From Octopus sinensis (taxonomy: Eukaryota): a stretch of DNA of 64,000 nucleotides. The stretch is taken from the NCBI RefSeq assembly GCF_006345805.1, contig NC_043022.1, forward strand, positions 23,436,001 through 23,500,000, in the 5' to 3' direction. Shown here in pieces: positions 24,501 to 39,341 of the stretch (positions are counted from its first letter, which is position 1; the number at the start of each line of letters is the position of its first letter). The notes under the pieces were generated by a model. The model was given only the letters and a program-made list of their open reading frames with translations. It did no database searches and was not told where the DNA came from. The translations under genes and the position numbers were made by a program.

Positions 24501-27500
24501 ACACGTAAACCAGTAATGTATAACATCCGATAGTCTAGTTGATACTGTGACTTTATCAAGCATAGACCTGTGAATATTCGTAACAAATTTAATAGGATCC
24601 ATTCAGAAGAAGATGGTGAGAGGGTTAGATATTTTAGGAATGTTGTTAAATGATAAATTGATATCAAATGCCTATAACAGTGTGATATTGTGTTTTTTAG
24701 GTTACTGGTATTGAAGATATTATCACATTGACTAGCTCCAACTATTGTGTTATCGTCAATCCTGTTGATTCGAATGGAAAGCCCCAACTGGGTGAAAAGA
24801 AATTAGTAAAGGTGAGCTCAAATATTTTATTCTACATTGCTTTATTTGTTGACGTGCTTAGTCTTCCATGTAGAGTTGGCCTATCCAAGAATTTATGGAT
24901 TAAACTAGACATAGTAGAGTTTATAATTTACAACATGACATGGGAGAGTCTATTGAAACTGGATCTTTATTCATCATTATCATCATTTCACATTACTCAT
25001 CCATGCTGGCATGTGTTGGAGGGTTTGACAGAAGCTGGAAAGCCAGAGGACTACACCAAGCTCCACTGTCTGTTTTTGGCATGGTTTTTATCACTGGATG
25101 CCTTTCCTAATGCCAACTACTTTACAGAGCGGACTGGGTACTTTTCATGTGGCACCAGCACAAGCAAGGTCTGTTTTAGCAAGGTTTTTATGGCTGAATG
25201 CCCTTCCTAATGCCAACCACTTTACAAAGTGGGCTGTGTGCTTTTCTATTTTACCAAATTCAATATGATATTCTTCGGAACTTAAGTCTAATGCTTAACC
25301 ACTTTAAAATGACATTATTTTGCACTGAAACAATGAACCATTGGTCAAAACTGCCAACTTAGTTTTGTACAAGAAAGGCTCCAAGTTCAGTCACTGGCAA
25401 ACTTCAGGAATATGTTCCTGAGTACATTTGAAGAAAATACTGAATGCATGATTGTGTCAATATCACATCCTAAGATGAGGAAAGAAAGGGAAACGAATTA
25501 TTTTATTGACATCACATTTAACATTTTTACCATATTTCTGTTGAGGTGCTCTGTGTTTCTTTCAATCAGTTTTAAATAGAACAAAGTATTTAGTAAAATA
25601 ACTTAGTTATCATTAGGCTAGTGTTAGGAACATAAATTGTGACTAAGGTTTGGTGGAAGATTTTAATTCAGAACTTATGAAAACAAGACATTTGTTACCA
25701 TATTTCTGTTGAGATGCTCTGTGTTACTTTCAATCAGTTTTAAATATAACAAAGTATTTAGTAAAATAACTTGATTATCATTAAGCTAGTGTTAGGAACA
25801 TAAGTTGTGACTAAGGTTTGACAGAAGATTTTAATTCAGAACTTTCCAAAACAAGACGTTTGTACTACAGAGCCAGAGGTAGTGTTTCAGGTGGGTTGGT
25901 ATCAAAAGGGTTAATTTGGCAACAACTAAACATAAAAAAAGAAGTTAAGATGTTCAGAGACTAGAAACTTCAGTTTCATATGAAAACATCGTTCTCCCTT
26001 TGTGCTTTTACAATGATGACAACAACAATGATGATTTAGAGCAGAAATTCCAGACATGGAAACCAAACCAATACTTGAATGACCTTAACCCCTTTGCTAC
26101 CATATTTCTGTTGAGATGCACTGTGTTTATTTCAATTAGTTTAAAATATAACAAAAAATTTAGTAAAATAACTTAGTTATCATTAAGCTAGTGTTAGGAA
26201 CATAAATTGTAACTAAGGTTTGGTGGAAGATTTGAATTCAAAACTTATGAAAGCAAGACATTTGTTACCATATTTCTGTTGAGATGCTCTGTGTTTCTTT
26301 CAATTAATTTTAAATATAACAAAGAATTTAGTGAAATAACTTTGTTATCATTCAGCTAGTGTCAGGAACATAAATTGTGACTAAGGTTTGGTGGAAGATT
26401 TTAATTCAAAACTTATGGAAACAAGACATTTGTTACCATATTTCTGTTGAGATGCTCTGTGTTTCTTTCAATTAATTTTAAATATAACAAAGAATTTAGT
26501 GAAATAACTTCGTTATCATTCAACTTGTGTTAGGAACATAAATTGTGACTAAAGTTTGGTGGCAGATTTTAATTCAGAACTTTTGTTACCATAATTCTGT
26601 TGAGATCCTCTGTGTTTCTTTTAATTGATTTAAAAAATAACAAAAAATTTAGCAAAATAACTTGTTTAGTTTTAAGCTAGTGTTAGGGACATAAATTGCA
26701 TTTAAGGTTTGGTGGAAGGTTTCAATTCAGAACGTTGAAAATAAGGCATCTGTACTATAGAGCCAGAGGCAGTTTCAGGTGGGTTCGTATCAAAAGGGTT
26801 AAAAGGAGGAAATAGATCAAAATACAGGTTCACTGCTCCTTACAGAAATACTGTAGATGTTGGTTTATACCCTCGTCTGACTTTAAAGCACAAACAACAC
26901 CTATATCCTATTTTAATTCTCAAAAATTTTTATTCCCTTTCTAGTATTTTTGGTACTATTCATCATGCAGTCTACTGCAGTATCGATTGTCTACGCTGAA
27001 ATGACCTGATCTGGGTTAAGGTTTAGGATTAGGGTTTGGGCCAGACTGCATTATTGACCAGGTAAACGGCATGTTAAAGTGGCACTGTATCCTTATCTAA
27101 ATTTGTGTGTATTCATCTAAGGACTACATTGTTTATTTTCAGGGACCAAAATCGTTTTTCTTATTACCTGGAGAATTACTTCCTGATGGCATTCAGGACA
27201 ATTATGTCCTCCATGAGGGACAGGCCCTTATTTGTTCTTGTAACGAAAATTTCCAGGATACACTTGTAAGTATTAATTGCTTCTTTAAGACTTTACTTCA
27301 TCTTCAACATAGGCTTAACATCTGCTTTTCAGTTCGCATGAGTCAAATGGAATTCTGCTGTGGATTTTCTACGGCTGGATGCACTTCCTGTCAACAGTTT
27401 TTCCCAAAATTTAAAGGTCAAAATCCCTAGTGCATACTATATACGAGGTTAAAAATGAAAAATATTTTCTAAGCAATGTCCGAGTCTCTATTTGCTGTCC

Positions 27501-30500
27501 GGCAATGTTTATTCAGATGCATTTTGTGATGTCGGGCGCGAAGATACCTTAAGCTAAGCCCGAAAGCAATGAAGTCAAAAAAGAATCATCCATAACTCGC
27601 AGTAAGCAACATTTATTAAATGTTATTTCTTTATTTTCTGCAAACAAAATGTACAAAAAAGCTACACGTTTGCATTATGTTATATATACAATAATAATAA
27701 AGGACGTTAGTGTATACATTTTTACAAACCAAGGATGTTATATAGACCTCCTTGACTCAAGTTAGAGAAAGGGTGCGTATTACACACAAGGTTTAGGTTT
27801 TTCAGAAGTACAGCCCCCTAAGAATCCCCTGCATATTATACTCAAGGGCAGACTATACTCGAGGATTTACGGTATTCAGAATTGCTGGGTGCAAGAAGAG
27901 AAGTGTCTTTTTTCATACTTTCAATTTGAAGGTCAACTAGAATGTTAAGGAAATCATTCCTCAGGTAATAAATAATAAAGGAAATCTAATTGTTTATTAG
28001 TGGTTAAAATCTCTATTTTACCTTTTCAGTAAAACTGGGTCTCCAGTTGACCAGTTACTTTGTCATTCACCCTTTGCCTTAACATGAAGTAACTATTATG
28101 AAAGTACAATGTGTGGGTTTTTCATTCCTTTTTTCTTTTTTTCTAGAATGCTATTAACCGTAAACCAGGTGATCGATGGATGATTAGTGGTCCAATAGAT
28201 TATGTCCCACCAGTTGAAGTTGAAATTATCAGAACAAATGAATCCATTGCATTAGATGAAAATGAAGGCTTGTACATAAGAAATATAAAGAGTGGAAAGG
28301 TAGGTGCATTTTCTGACTTGTCTTTATATATATATGTGTTTGACTAGGGCATGTGTGTATGTTCATGTGCATATGTGTATATCTTTGTGTGTGTGCGTGT
28401 TTCTTTATGTGAGTGTGTGGGTGGGTGAATTGGTGTATATATGTGTATGGCTTTGTGTTTGTCTTTGTATATGAGTGTTTGTGTCTTTGTGTATGCATGA
28501 ATGTGTCTGTGTATGCATATGTGTCTGTGTATGCATGATGTGTCTGTGTATGCATGATGTGTCTGTGTATGCATGTGTGTGTGTCTGTGTATGCATGTGT
28601 GTGTATCTCTGTGTATGCATGTATGTGTGTCTCTGTGTATGCATGTGTGTGTGTCTGTATGCATGATGTGTCTGTGTATGCATGTGTATGTGTGTGCATG
28701 TGTCCGTGTATGTCTGTGTCTTTCTGTATGGATGTGTCTTCATGCATGTATGTGTATACCTGTGTGTGCATATTGATATATGGGTGTATGTATATGTGTA
28801 TTCCGCAGGCTCATACCCATTATATAAACTTTAAGTTGAATCAATGGGGGTCTTTGAATTATTAATACATACAGATGGATTTTAACCTACAGTCTGCATA
28901 ATGTGATGGTGAGGGATTGTTTTATGGTGGATTGTTGAAGGCACATGGCTAAGTGGTTAGGGTATTCAGTTCATAATTGTAAGGTCGTGAGTTCAGGTCC
29001 TGGTGGCGTGTTGTGTCCTTGAGCAAGACACTTTATTTCATGTTGTTCCAGTCCACTCAGCTGCCAAAAATGAGTTTTGCCTGTATTCCAAAGAACCAGG
29101 CTTATCACATTCTGAATCATGCTGAATCTCACTGAGAAATACATTAATGGTATGCATGTCTGTGAAGTGCTCAACGGGATTCAAGCCTCTTCTCCTTATC
29201 TCCTCAAAGACATACATCATCTCGAAAGAGTCCAGAAGCTGGCTACCCGTATGGTTCTTGGTCTCAAGCATTTGTCTTATGAAGAAAGGCTGAAGACGCT
29301 CGACCTTTATTCTCTAGAAAAACGCTGCCGCCGTGGTGATCTCATTCTTGCTCACAACATCATAAGCGGAAAGTGTAACCTCTCAAAAGAGCTGTTCTTC
29401 ACTCCTGCTCCAGAGCATCGGCTGCGAGGTCACTCCGAAAAGCTCTATCTGTGACGATTTCATCTCAATCGAAGGAGAGGGGCTTTCTCCATCCAGGTTG
29501 CGGATCCATGGAATAAGCTGCCGGACGAGATAGTGAAGATGCTGACGACCGCTCGGTTCAAAGTCTCTCTTGACCAGAAATGGCCTGAACTCTTTGCATG
29601 AACACCACCCTGTACATAACTCCATGTCCCCCTACATGGCCTTGCTTTTTGAGCCAAAAAATTAACTTAACTTAACTTAACTTGCACGTTAATTTCATGA
29701 ACAGACTGCTCTGTTGATTGGATCAACTGGAACCCATATCATCATAACCAAAGGAGTGCCAGTTTATTTTTTTTTTATGGCAGACTGTAGTATAATCATG
29801 AGGACGTCTGTAGCATGCGAGTAGTGAGTGAAGCTGAGCGTGAGATGTTTCAGTTACTGTGGAGTGGAGCATGTTGTGAGTGCAGCTGAGCATGTGTGTG
29901 TGTGTGTGTGTGTGTGTGATTTGTGAGTGTAGCAGTAGTGAAATGTGCTACTCAAAGTGGTGTTCCGTGGACCGGTGCCAGTCCGTGAGCCTTCAGCTGC
30001 TGGTGTGCAGCGAGTTTCCATAAAAGAAAGAAAGATTATACAATACTTATAAAAAGCTTACAAAATATGGATCTTTTCGGTTTGAACGGCAGTTTTTAAC
30101 ACAATTTCTAAGTAACTAAAAAAATTTTAAACTTCGTATACTGGTAGAATGTATTTATAAAACATCTTTTTCTCTTGGCTTTATTGAGAAAATTCTATAG
30201 TTTGTGAGATATTTGTAGTATTTTTCTTCAATTTCTGCAATTTCAACCAATCAATGACATCTATTGAGTTAAAAAGCATTCTGTGCCATATAAATATGTC
30301 CCTCGTTGAAGAAACAGATTGGGTTTATTTACATTTGTGAGGAAAATAAGATACCCTTCCCTCACCCCTAACCCTAAATCATCATCATCATCATACGTCC
30401 GCTTTCTATGCTAGCATGGGTTGGACGGTTCAACTGGGGTCTGGGGAGCCCGAAAGCTGCACCAGTCCAGTCAGATCTGGCAGTGTTTCTACAGCTGGAT

Positions 30501-33376
30501 GCCCTTCCTAACGCCAACCACTCCGAGAGTGTAGTGGGTGATTTTATGTGCCACCGACACAGGTGCCAGACGAGGCTGGCAAACGGCCACGCTCGGATGG
30601 TGTTTTTTATGTGCCACCGACACAGGTGCCAGACGAGGCTGGCAGACGGCCACGCTCGGATGGTGTTTTTTATGTGCCACCGACACAGGTGCCAGACGAG
30701 GCTGGCAGACGGCCACGCTCGGATGGTGTTTTTATGTGCCACCGACACAGGTGCCAGACGAGGCTGGCAGGCGGCCACGCTCGGATGGTGTTTTTATGTG
30801 CCACCGACACAGGTGCCAGATGAGGCTGGCAAACGGCCACGATCGGATGGTGCTTGTTACGTGCCACAGCACGGAGGCCAGTCGATGCGGTACTGGCTAC
30901 GGCCACGCTCGGATGGTTTTCTTATGTGCCACGTGCCACCGGCACCGGCACCACAAAGATACAAATTCCATTGATGTTCATCTATTTTGATTTGTTTTGA
31001 TTTTCACTTGTCTCAACAGGTCTTCACAAGTGTCACAAGAAGGAAGGTATGCACAGGTGGACCGACCACGTCCCAGGCAGGGGCCATGGGTTATGGTCTC
31101 ACTAGTCTTGCCGGGTCTTCGGATGGTGTTTTTATGTGCCACCGACACAGGTGCCAGATGAGGCTGGCGAACGGCCACGATCGGATGGTGTTTGTCATGT
31201 GCCCACCGCACTGACTACGGCACTGATGGATTTCTTATGTGCCACAGGCACTGGTACCACAAGATACAAATTCCATTGATGTTCATCTATTTTGTCTATT
31301 TTGATTTGATTTGATTTGATTTTCACTTGCCTCAACCGGTCTTCGATGGATTTCTTATGTGCCACAGGCACTGGTACCACAAGATACAAATTCCATTGAT
31401 GTTCATCTATTTTGTCTATTTTGATTTGATTTGATTTGATTTTCACTTGCCTCAACCGGTCTTCACAAGTGTCACAAGAAGGAAGGTATGCACAGGTGGA
31501 CTGACTAGTCTTGCCGGGTCTTCGGAAGGTGTTTTTATGTGCCACCGACACAGGTGCCAGATGAGGCCGGCGAACGGCCATGATCGGATGGTGTTTGTTA
31601 CGTGCCCACAGCACGGAGGCCGGTCGATGTGGAACTGGCTACGGCCACGTTCGGATGGTTCTCTTGTGTGCCACCGGCACTGGTACCACAAAGTGTGTGC
31701 CACCGGTACCACAAAGATACAGATTCCATTGATGTTCATCTATTTTGATTGATTTGATTTGATTTGATTTGATTTTCACTTGCCTCAGCAGGTCTTCACA
31801 AGTGTCACAAGAAGGAAGGTATGTACAGGTGGACTGACTACGTCCCAGGTAGGGCCCACGGGTTATGACCTGACTAGTCTTGCCGGGTCTTCGGATGGTG
31901 TTTTTATGTGCCACCATGTTCCCACAGCACAGAGGCCAGTCGATGCGGTACTGGCTACGGCCACGTTCGGATGGTTTTCTTGTGTGCCACAAGATACAAA
32001 TTCCATTGATGTTCATCTATTTTGATTGATTTTCACTTGCCTCAGCAGGTCTTCACAAGTGTCACAAGAAGGAAGGTATGCACAGTGGATCGACTACGTC
32101 CCAGGTAGGGGCCACGGGATATGGCCTGACTAGTCCTGCCGGGTCCTCTCATGCACAGCACACTTCCATAGGACTCGGTCTTCAGTCATTTCCTTGGTGA
32201 GACCTAAAGTTCGAAGGTCGTGAGAGATTGAAATGCAATAGATCGATTCTAGGGTCATAATAATGGGTGACAATTTCATATGACACCGCTAGAAAAAACT
32301 GCTGTTCAAACCGAAAAGATCCCAAAATATTGTATTATTTGTTTACAAAATAAATATAAGATAAAAAGAAATTGTCAAATTTTATTATATTCATTACATA
32401 TATTGTTTCCGGTATAAATTAATATTTCTAAGAAATATTACCAGTCCTTGGCACATTGAAAAAAAAAAACTGCCGGTACACTACATCTGATAGTTTGAAA
32501 AGCATTGGTGCAGAGCATAATTTGTGAGTGTGGCACTGAGGAAATGTAGAATGTGAGTCATGAGTGTAGTAGTGTAGCGGTGAGGAAATATGTAGTGTGA
32601 TTTCTGAGTGTGGCGATGAAGAAGTGTAGAGTGTGAATCACGAGTGTAGCTGTAAGAAAATGTGTAGTGTGACTTTTTTTTCTGAGTGTAGCAATGAATA
32701 AATGTGGAGTGTAGAGTGTGAATTATGAGTGTAGCTGAACATGAAATGCTTCAGCTAGTGCATAATGTCGTAACAGTAGTAAGGAGATATGTAGTATAGG
32801 GAAAGTGGGACATGATCTGAGAATGTGAGTGAAAGTAAATTTGCAATGCGTCAGACAGCATGTGCATTGATGTGTGTGTGTGTGCATGTGCATGGGTGTA
32901 ATATGTGCGGTAGTGATACTTGCATAGACTTGTGATTATGAGTGATTGGGGGTTGCTTGGAAATGAATGAAAACGAGCCATGTGATGATAGCGTAGCGTT
33001 AACTGACAACAGATGATTGTGTTAGCGGTAACGATGGTTTTAGTGTAATGGTAATACTTATGAAAGGCAGCGAGCTGGCAGAATTGTTAGCACGCCGGGC
33101 AAAATGCGTATCTGTATTTCGTCTGCCGTTACGTTCTGAGTTCAAATTCCGCCAAGGTAGACTTTGCCTTTCATCCTTTCAGGGTCAATAAATTAAGTAC
33201 CAGTTACGCACTGGGGTTGATGTAACTGACACTAAATACCTATGTCTGTCCTTGTTTGTCCCTTCTATGTTTAGCCCCTTGTGGGTAATAAAGAAATAGG
33301 TAGTACTTATGATTGTGTAGTGCTTATGAAAGGTGGTGAGCTGGCAGAATCGTTAGCACGCCGGGCGAAATACGTA

Positions 33377-33414
<38 letters not shown>

Positions 33415-36400
33415 CACATACATACAGACAAGGCTTCTTTCAGTTTCTATCTACCAAATCTACTCACAAAGATCTGGGTGGGCTAGGTCTATAGGAGAAG
33501 ACATTTGCCCAAGACATCAACACAGTGGGACTGAACCCAAAACCATGTGGTTGGAAAACAAGCTTCTTACCACACAGCTGTGTCTGATCTCATCTTTCTA
33601 CTTGCATGACTGAGCTAAGGTAAGTTATATGTCAGCTGTTGTGTAGGAGTGGTTTGCTATGCAGTGACTTGTACTATTGATAAATTACTACTGTCCCATG
33701 TACTAGGTCAGCTCTTAGTTTTATTGTTGTTAGCAACCATCCTCTATAAATATATCATTTTCTCAAACAGAATCAGGACACAGGAAGAAACCACAAACAA
33801 AGTTACCAGCCCAGTTATTTAGTTCAAAGTCATTTACATACAAATGTACTGTATGCATCATCTGATAGCATGTTGAGTGTTATATAGTAATGAGGTCATG
33901 TATGGAGTGTTACATGGTTGTGAGCACATAATGTGTAGTATTTTATGTTGCTGATGTTGCTTTCTAACATGGCCAGATGGAGCAGACTTATGATAAGCAT
34001 TCCAACTCTGAACCTATCTTTTTATTTAAAACAAAATTTTTATATTTTTAGTACAAAAAAATAAATAAATGCACCCTTTTTAAAGCCTAGCCAGGCTCAT
34101 GGGCCCGGTTTCCGTGGCGTATGTGTTCCCCAGTACGATGGGAAGCCAGTCCATCGCAGCGTTACTCATTTTTGCCAGCTGAGTGGACTGGAGCAATGTG
34201 AAATGAAGTGTTTTGCTCAAGAACACAATGCATCGCCCGGTCCAGGAATCAAAATCACAATCTTATGATCATGATGCTGACACCCTAACCACTAAGCCAT
34301 GTGCCTCCACATTTTTTTTTTGTACAAACATAATTTATTTATGACTTTAATATTCATATCTTTACCTTTTTTGGTTTCAAATTCTGGCACAAGGCCAGAA
34401 ATTTCTGGGAAATGGGTAAGTCAATTACATTGACCCCAGTACTCAACTGGTACATATTTCATCAACCCCAAAAGGATGAAAGGCAAAGCTGACCTCAGCA
34501 GAATTTGAACTCAGAATTGTAAAGACATGAAATGCCACTAATCATTTTATCTGGCATGCTAATGATTCTGCCAGCTCACCACCTTAAACATCTACTTAAT
34601 AATGGTTTCAAATTTTGGTAGAAGGTCAGCAATTTCAGGGAGTGAGTAAGTCAGCTGCATAGACCCCAGTGCTCAACTGCTATTTATTTCATCCTTATCA
34701 TCATCATTTAACGCCCACTTTCCATGCTAGCATGGGTTGGACGATTTGACTGAGGTCTGGCGAACCACACTCCAATCTGATCTGGCAGAGTTTCCGCAGC
34801 TGGATGCCCTTCCTAATGCCAACTACTCTGAGAGTGTAGTGGGTGCTTTTACATGCCACCAGCACGAGGGCCAGTTGGTTTTACTGGCAACGGCTACGCC
34901 CAAATGGTGCTTTTGAAAGCTGCAGCACTGTGAGAAAGTACATTGTGACCAGTGGCATATGACAACAGACTTTTGTCTGGTCAATGCACCAATACACACA
35001 CGTGTGTGTGTGTGTGTGTGTTTATTTTTATGTTCAGTTATAATAATAATTAAAAAAAAAATAAAATGGCGCAGGAGTGGCTGTGTGGTAAGTAGCTTGC
35101 TTGCTAACTACATGGTTCCGGGTTCAGTCCCACTGCATGGCACCTTGGGCAAGTGTCTTCTACTATAGCCTCGGGCCGACCAAAGCCTTGTGAGTGGATT
35201 TGGTAGACGGAAACTGAAAGAAGCCTGTCGTATATATGTATATATATATATATATATGTATGTATGTGTGTCTGTATTTGTCCCCCTAGCATTGCTTGAC
35301 AACCGATGCTGGTGTGTTTATGTCCCCGTCACTTAGCGGTTCGGCAAAAGAGACCGATAGAATATGTCCCAGGGTCGAGTTGCTCGATTAAAAGGCGGTG
35401 CTCCAGCATGGCCGCAGTCAAATGACTGAAACAAGTAAAAGAGTAAAGAGTATCCTGAAACACTAATTTAAACAATTTTGTCTTAATCTGATATGTTACA
35501 ATATACTTTCGTATGGCTTAGCTGGCTGAAACTTCAAAGTCACTGTCAACAATATTCTTGTTTATATGCACAAGCATGACATATACATACATACATAAAG
35601 AGACACACATATATACATTGTGAATTATCTCTTGCTGTCATTGCAAGACAGTGAAAGCTTTAGTGCAGCTGTTTGACTTGTTAGAAATAGCAGCCAAATC
35701 ACACCCTACCATCTTAAAAAGAAGTAAAAGTACATAGGATAATGTACTAGTCACATTCATCATCATCATCATCGTTTAACATCTATTTTCCATGCTAGCA
35801 TGGGTTGGACAGTTCGACCGGGGTCTGGGAAGCCAGGAGGCTGCACCAGGCTCAAGTCTGATCTGGCAGTGTTTCTACAGCTGGATGCCCTTCCTAACGC
35901 CAACCACTCCGTGAGTGTAGTGGGTGCGTTTTACGTGCCACTGGCACGGAATTGGCCACGTTCAGATGGTGCTCTTTATGTGCCACCACACAGGTATCAC
36001 AACTACAATTTCCATTTGATTTTTTGATGTTGATGTACTTGACTCAATGTCTGAATAAATGTTATGTCTGGAATGTCTTTGATCTAGGGCTAAATAACAA
36101 CACTTATGATCGTTATATGCATTTTGATTATTTTGCCTAACTTTTGTTTGTTTTTCAACTCATTTCTAAACTTTGATTTTTTTGGTGGCAGGTGAGATTA
36201 GTGAGTGGAACCTCATATATATTAAATGAAAATGAAGAACTTTGGGAGAAAGATTTACCATCTGCTGTAGAAGATCTGCTTGGCCTGGAACATGATCCTT
36301 TAGCCGAGCGAGGTACCAGAGCTAAATCTTCTGACTCGTCTCATAAGAAACGGAATAAGACATTGGCTGTAACTTATAGAGTTCCCCATAATGCAGCTGT

Positions 36401-37846
36401 GCAAATTTATGATTATAAGCAGAAGAAAGCAAGGTAAACTTTTGTTCTGCTATATCCATCCATCCATCTTCTCTGCTCACTATTTCTGGGAGGGTCATAG
36501 GGGTAGAGTCCTCAGGCACCTTCTCCATAAGGTCCTATCAGAAGCAGCTGTCATTTCACTCACCGGCTAGATTCTCAAGCATGACCAACTGAAGCTATGG
36601 ATTATCCAGCCATTTCATTCTTAGTCCATCCTTAGGTCTTCTGCTGGTTGGCTTGGCTTGAAAAATCTATCTTGCAATTCTTCCCTGCAACATTCTAATC
36701 ACGTCTGTAGTACCAGAGCTATGAACTCTCAATGCAGGAAAGTAGTGACTCAACCTGGAGAGGATTTGCTAATCTCCGAGCTATGCATCCTGTTGAGTAA
36801 CATTACTCCAGAGCTTGACCTCTTCATAGCATGGGATCTTTCGAGCCCTGAAAGGCATTTGAAGAGCTGGTCACGTGCTGCAGCAATGTCTCATTTCAGC
36901 ATTGGCTCCATTTTTCACTCATCTATTAGGAATGTTCAAGTACCACTTCAAACTTGCATGTGACCTGCAGGTTTTTTGACAAACATGGCATTGAAACTGG
37001 TCATCTGAAATATATATATATTGTTTGAAGTGATGTAGAGATTTGATTTATTTAGAAAAAGGAAGTACTCAGAATTTTAGATAATTCTTTATTAACACTT
37101 TCACCTCATTCATGGAAACTCCTCAGATATAAATTTTATAGAAAATTACTTTGCCTTTATACAAATCTAAAAGCTGATGTTTTTTGTTTTGTTTCATTAT
37201 CTATATACACATACGTACATATAGATAACTAAACAAAACAAACATACTCTTATATATTAAGTAATGAGAAAATGGATTTGGTGTTAAATTTTATTCTGTA
37301 TACAATATTCACTTTGCTATATTCTTCTATGTACTCAACACTTAAACACACTAATCGATTTATACCCATTAGTCCAAAATATCATCATCATCGTTTAACG
37401 TCTGCTTTCCATGCTAGCATGGGTTGGACGATTTGACAGTACTGGTGAACCAGATGGCTGCACCAGGCTCCAATCTGATCTGGCAGAGTTCCTACAGCTG
37501 GATGCCCTTCCTAATGCCAACCACTCCAAGAGTGTAGTGGGTGCTTTTACGTGCCACCAGCATGAGGGCTAGTTAGGCGGTACTGGCAACGGCCACGCTC
37601 AAATGGTGTTTTTTATGTGCCACCTGCATAGGAGCCAGTCCAGCGGCACTGGCAACGACCTCATTCAAATGTTTTTTCACGTGCCAGTAAGGCAACGCTG
37701 GTAACGATCACGCTCGGATGGTGCTTTTTACGTGAAAATGCTAATAAGTCCAGCGGCACTGGCAATGACCTCGCTTGAATGTTTTTTCACATGCCACCAG
37801 CACAAGTGCCAGTAAGGCGACACTGGTAACGATCATCCAAAATATG

Positions 37847-37877
<31 letters not shown>

Positions 37878-39296
37878 GTTTCCATTTGTCATATCTACTT
37901 ACAAGGCTTTGGATGGCTTGGGGCTATAGTAGAAGACATTTGCCCAAGGTGTCACACAATGAGACATTGGGAAGCAAATATTACCATACAGGCACACCGT
38001 AGAAATATATTCATTGGTGAATGTATTCGGTTTCATGTAGAAATCAGTTCAGTTCCATGTAACACTATTCACTCTAATGTGGTACTATTTTATATCGTGG
38101 GATAGTTCTATATTACCTGGCATAGTTCAGTAACACATGACTCAATAGTGTGTCACGTGACACAAGAAAAATTTGGGAGAAGAAAAGAATTACAATTTTA
38201 AAATGACAAATTTTTGTAACCTTAATGACCCTTTCTACTAGAAATTATGAGGCGGGGCTAGTCAATTACATTGATGCCAGTGTTCAACTGGTCCTTATTT
38301 TTTTATTAACCCCAAAAAGGATGAAAGGCAAAGTTGACCACCTTGGTGAAATTTGAACTTAGAATGTAGACAGATGAAATGCCATGAAGCATTTTGTCTG
38401 GTGTGCTAATGATTCTGCCATCTCACTGACTTAATAATAATAATAATTTCTCGTTTGCACAGTCCCAGTAACTTTCGTCGCCCTTTTCAAGCCTAGCCAG
38501 GCTCATGGTCCTGGTTTCCCGGTTTCTGTGGCATATGTTTTCCCCCCAGCTGGACGGGATGCCAGTCCATCGTAGCATTACTCAAGAAACAGGAAGAGAG
38601 AGTGAGAGAAAGTTGTGGTGAAAGAGTACAACAGGGGTCGTCACCACCCCCTGCCGGAGCCTCGTGGAGCTTTAGGTGTTTTCGCTCAATAAACACACAC
38701 AACGCCCGGTCTGGGAATCGAAACCGCGATCCTCCGAGCGTGAGTCCGCTGCCCTAACCACTGGGCCATTGCGTCTCCACCCCAGTAACTTTACTAGGAT
38801 TTTATTGTATTGACACTCCCGAATTATAAAAAACAAAGTTGACCCCAGGATTTGAGCTCAGAATTTAAAGAACCAAAGCAAATACCATGTAGTATTTTGT
38901 ATAATGCTAATGCAAATATTATTTATTTTTCACAGAGTGACCTTCGGACCTGACCTTGTTATGCTTCAACCTGATGAACAGTTTACTCAGTTGCGCTTAT
39001 CTGGAGGCAAACCCAAGAAACCTAACATGATTCGTTCTCTATGTCTGCTGCTTGGACCGGATTTCTGTACAGATATCATCACAGTTGAAACGTCTGACCA
39101 TGCACGATTACAGCTTCAGGTCTCCTACAACTGGTGAGTAGAAATTGATGCGGGCCAATGCTTCAAACTTACTATAATGCTAGTGAAGGCACATGGCTTA
39201 ATGCTTAGGGTATTCAGCTCATGATCTTAAGCTTGTGAGTTCAATTTCTGGCGGAATGTGTGTGTATGCATGTATATATTTATGTGTGTGCATGTA

Positions 39297-39341
<45 letters not shown>

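Noticed and set aside
28229-28865. His/Thr- and Cys/Val-rich ORFs
   Set aside because: Microsatellite artefact within MVP intron 8.
30374-32025. Overlapping repetitive ORFs ([11 protein letters not shown]...)
   Set aside because: They come from 60-bp tandem units in a LINE 3' UTR, downstream of the ORF2 stop codon.
32500-32760. Degenerate gagtgtag repeat of about 38 bp (similar tracts near 29800-29950 and 40430-40510)
   Set aside because: An old low-complexity tandem repeat with no additional structure evident.
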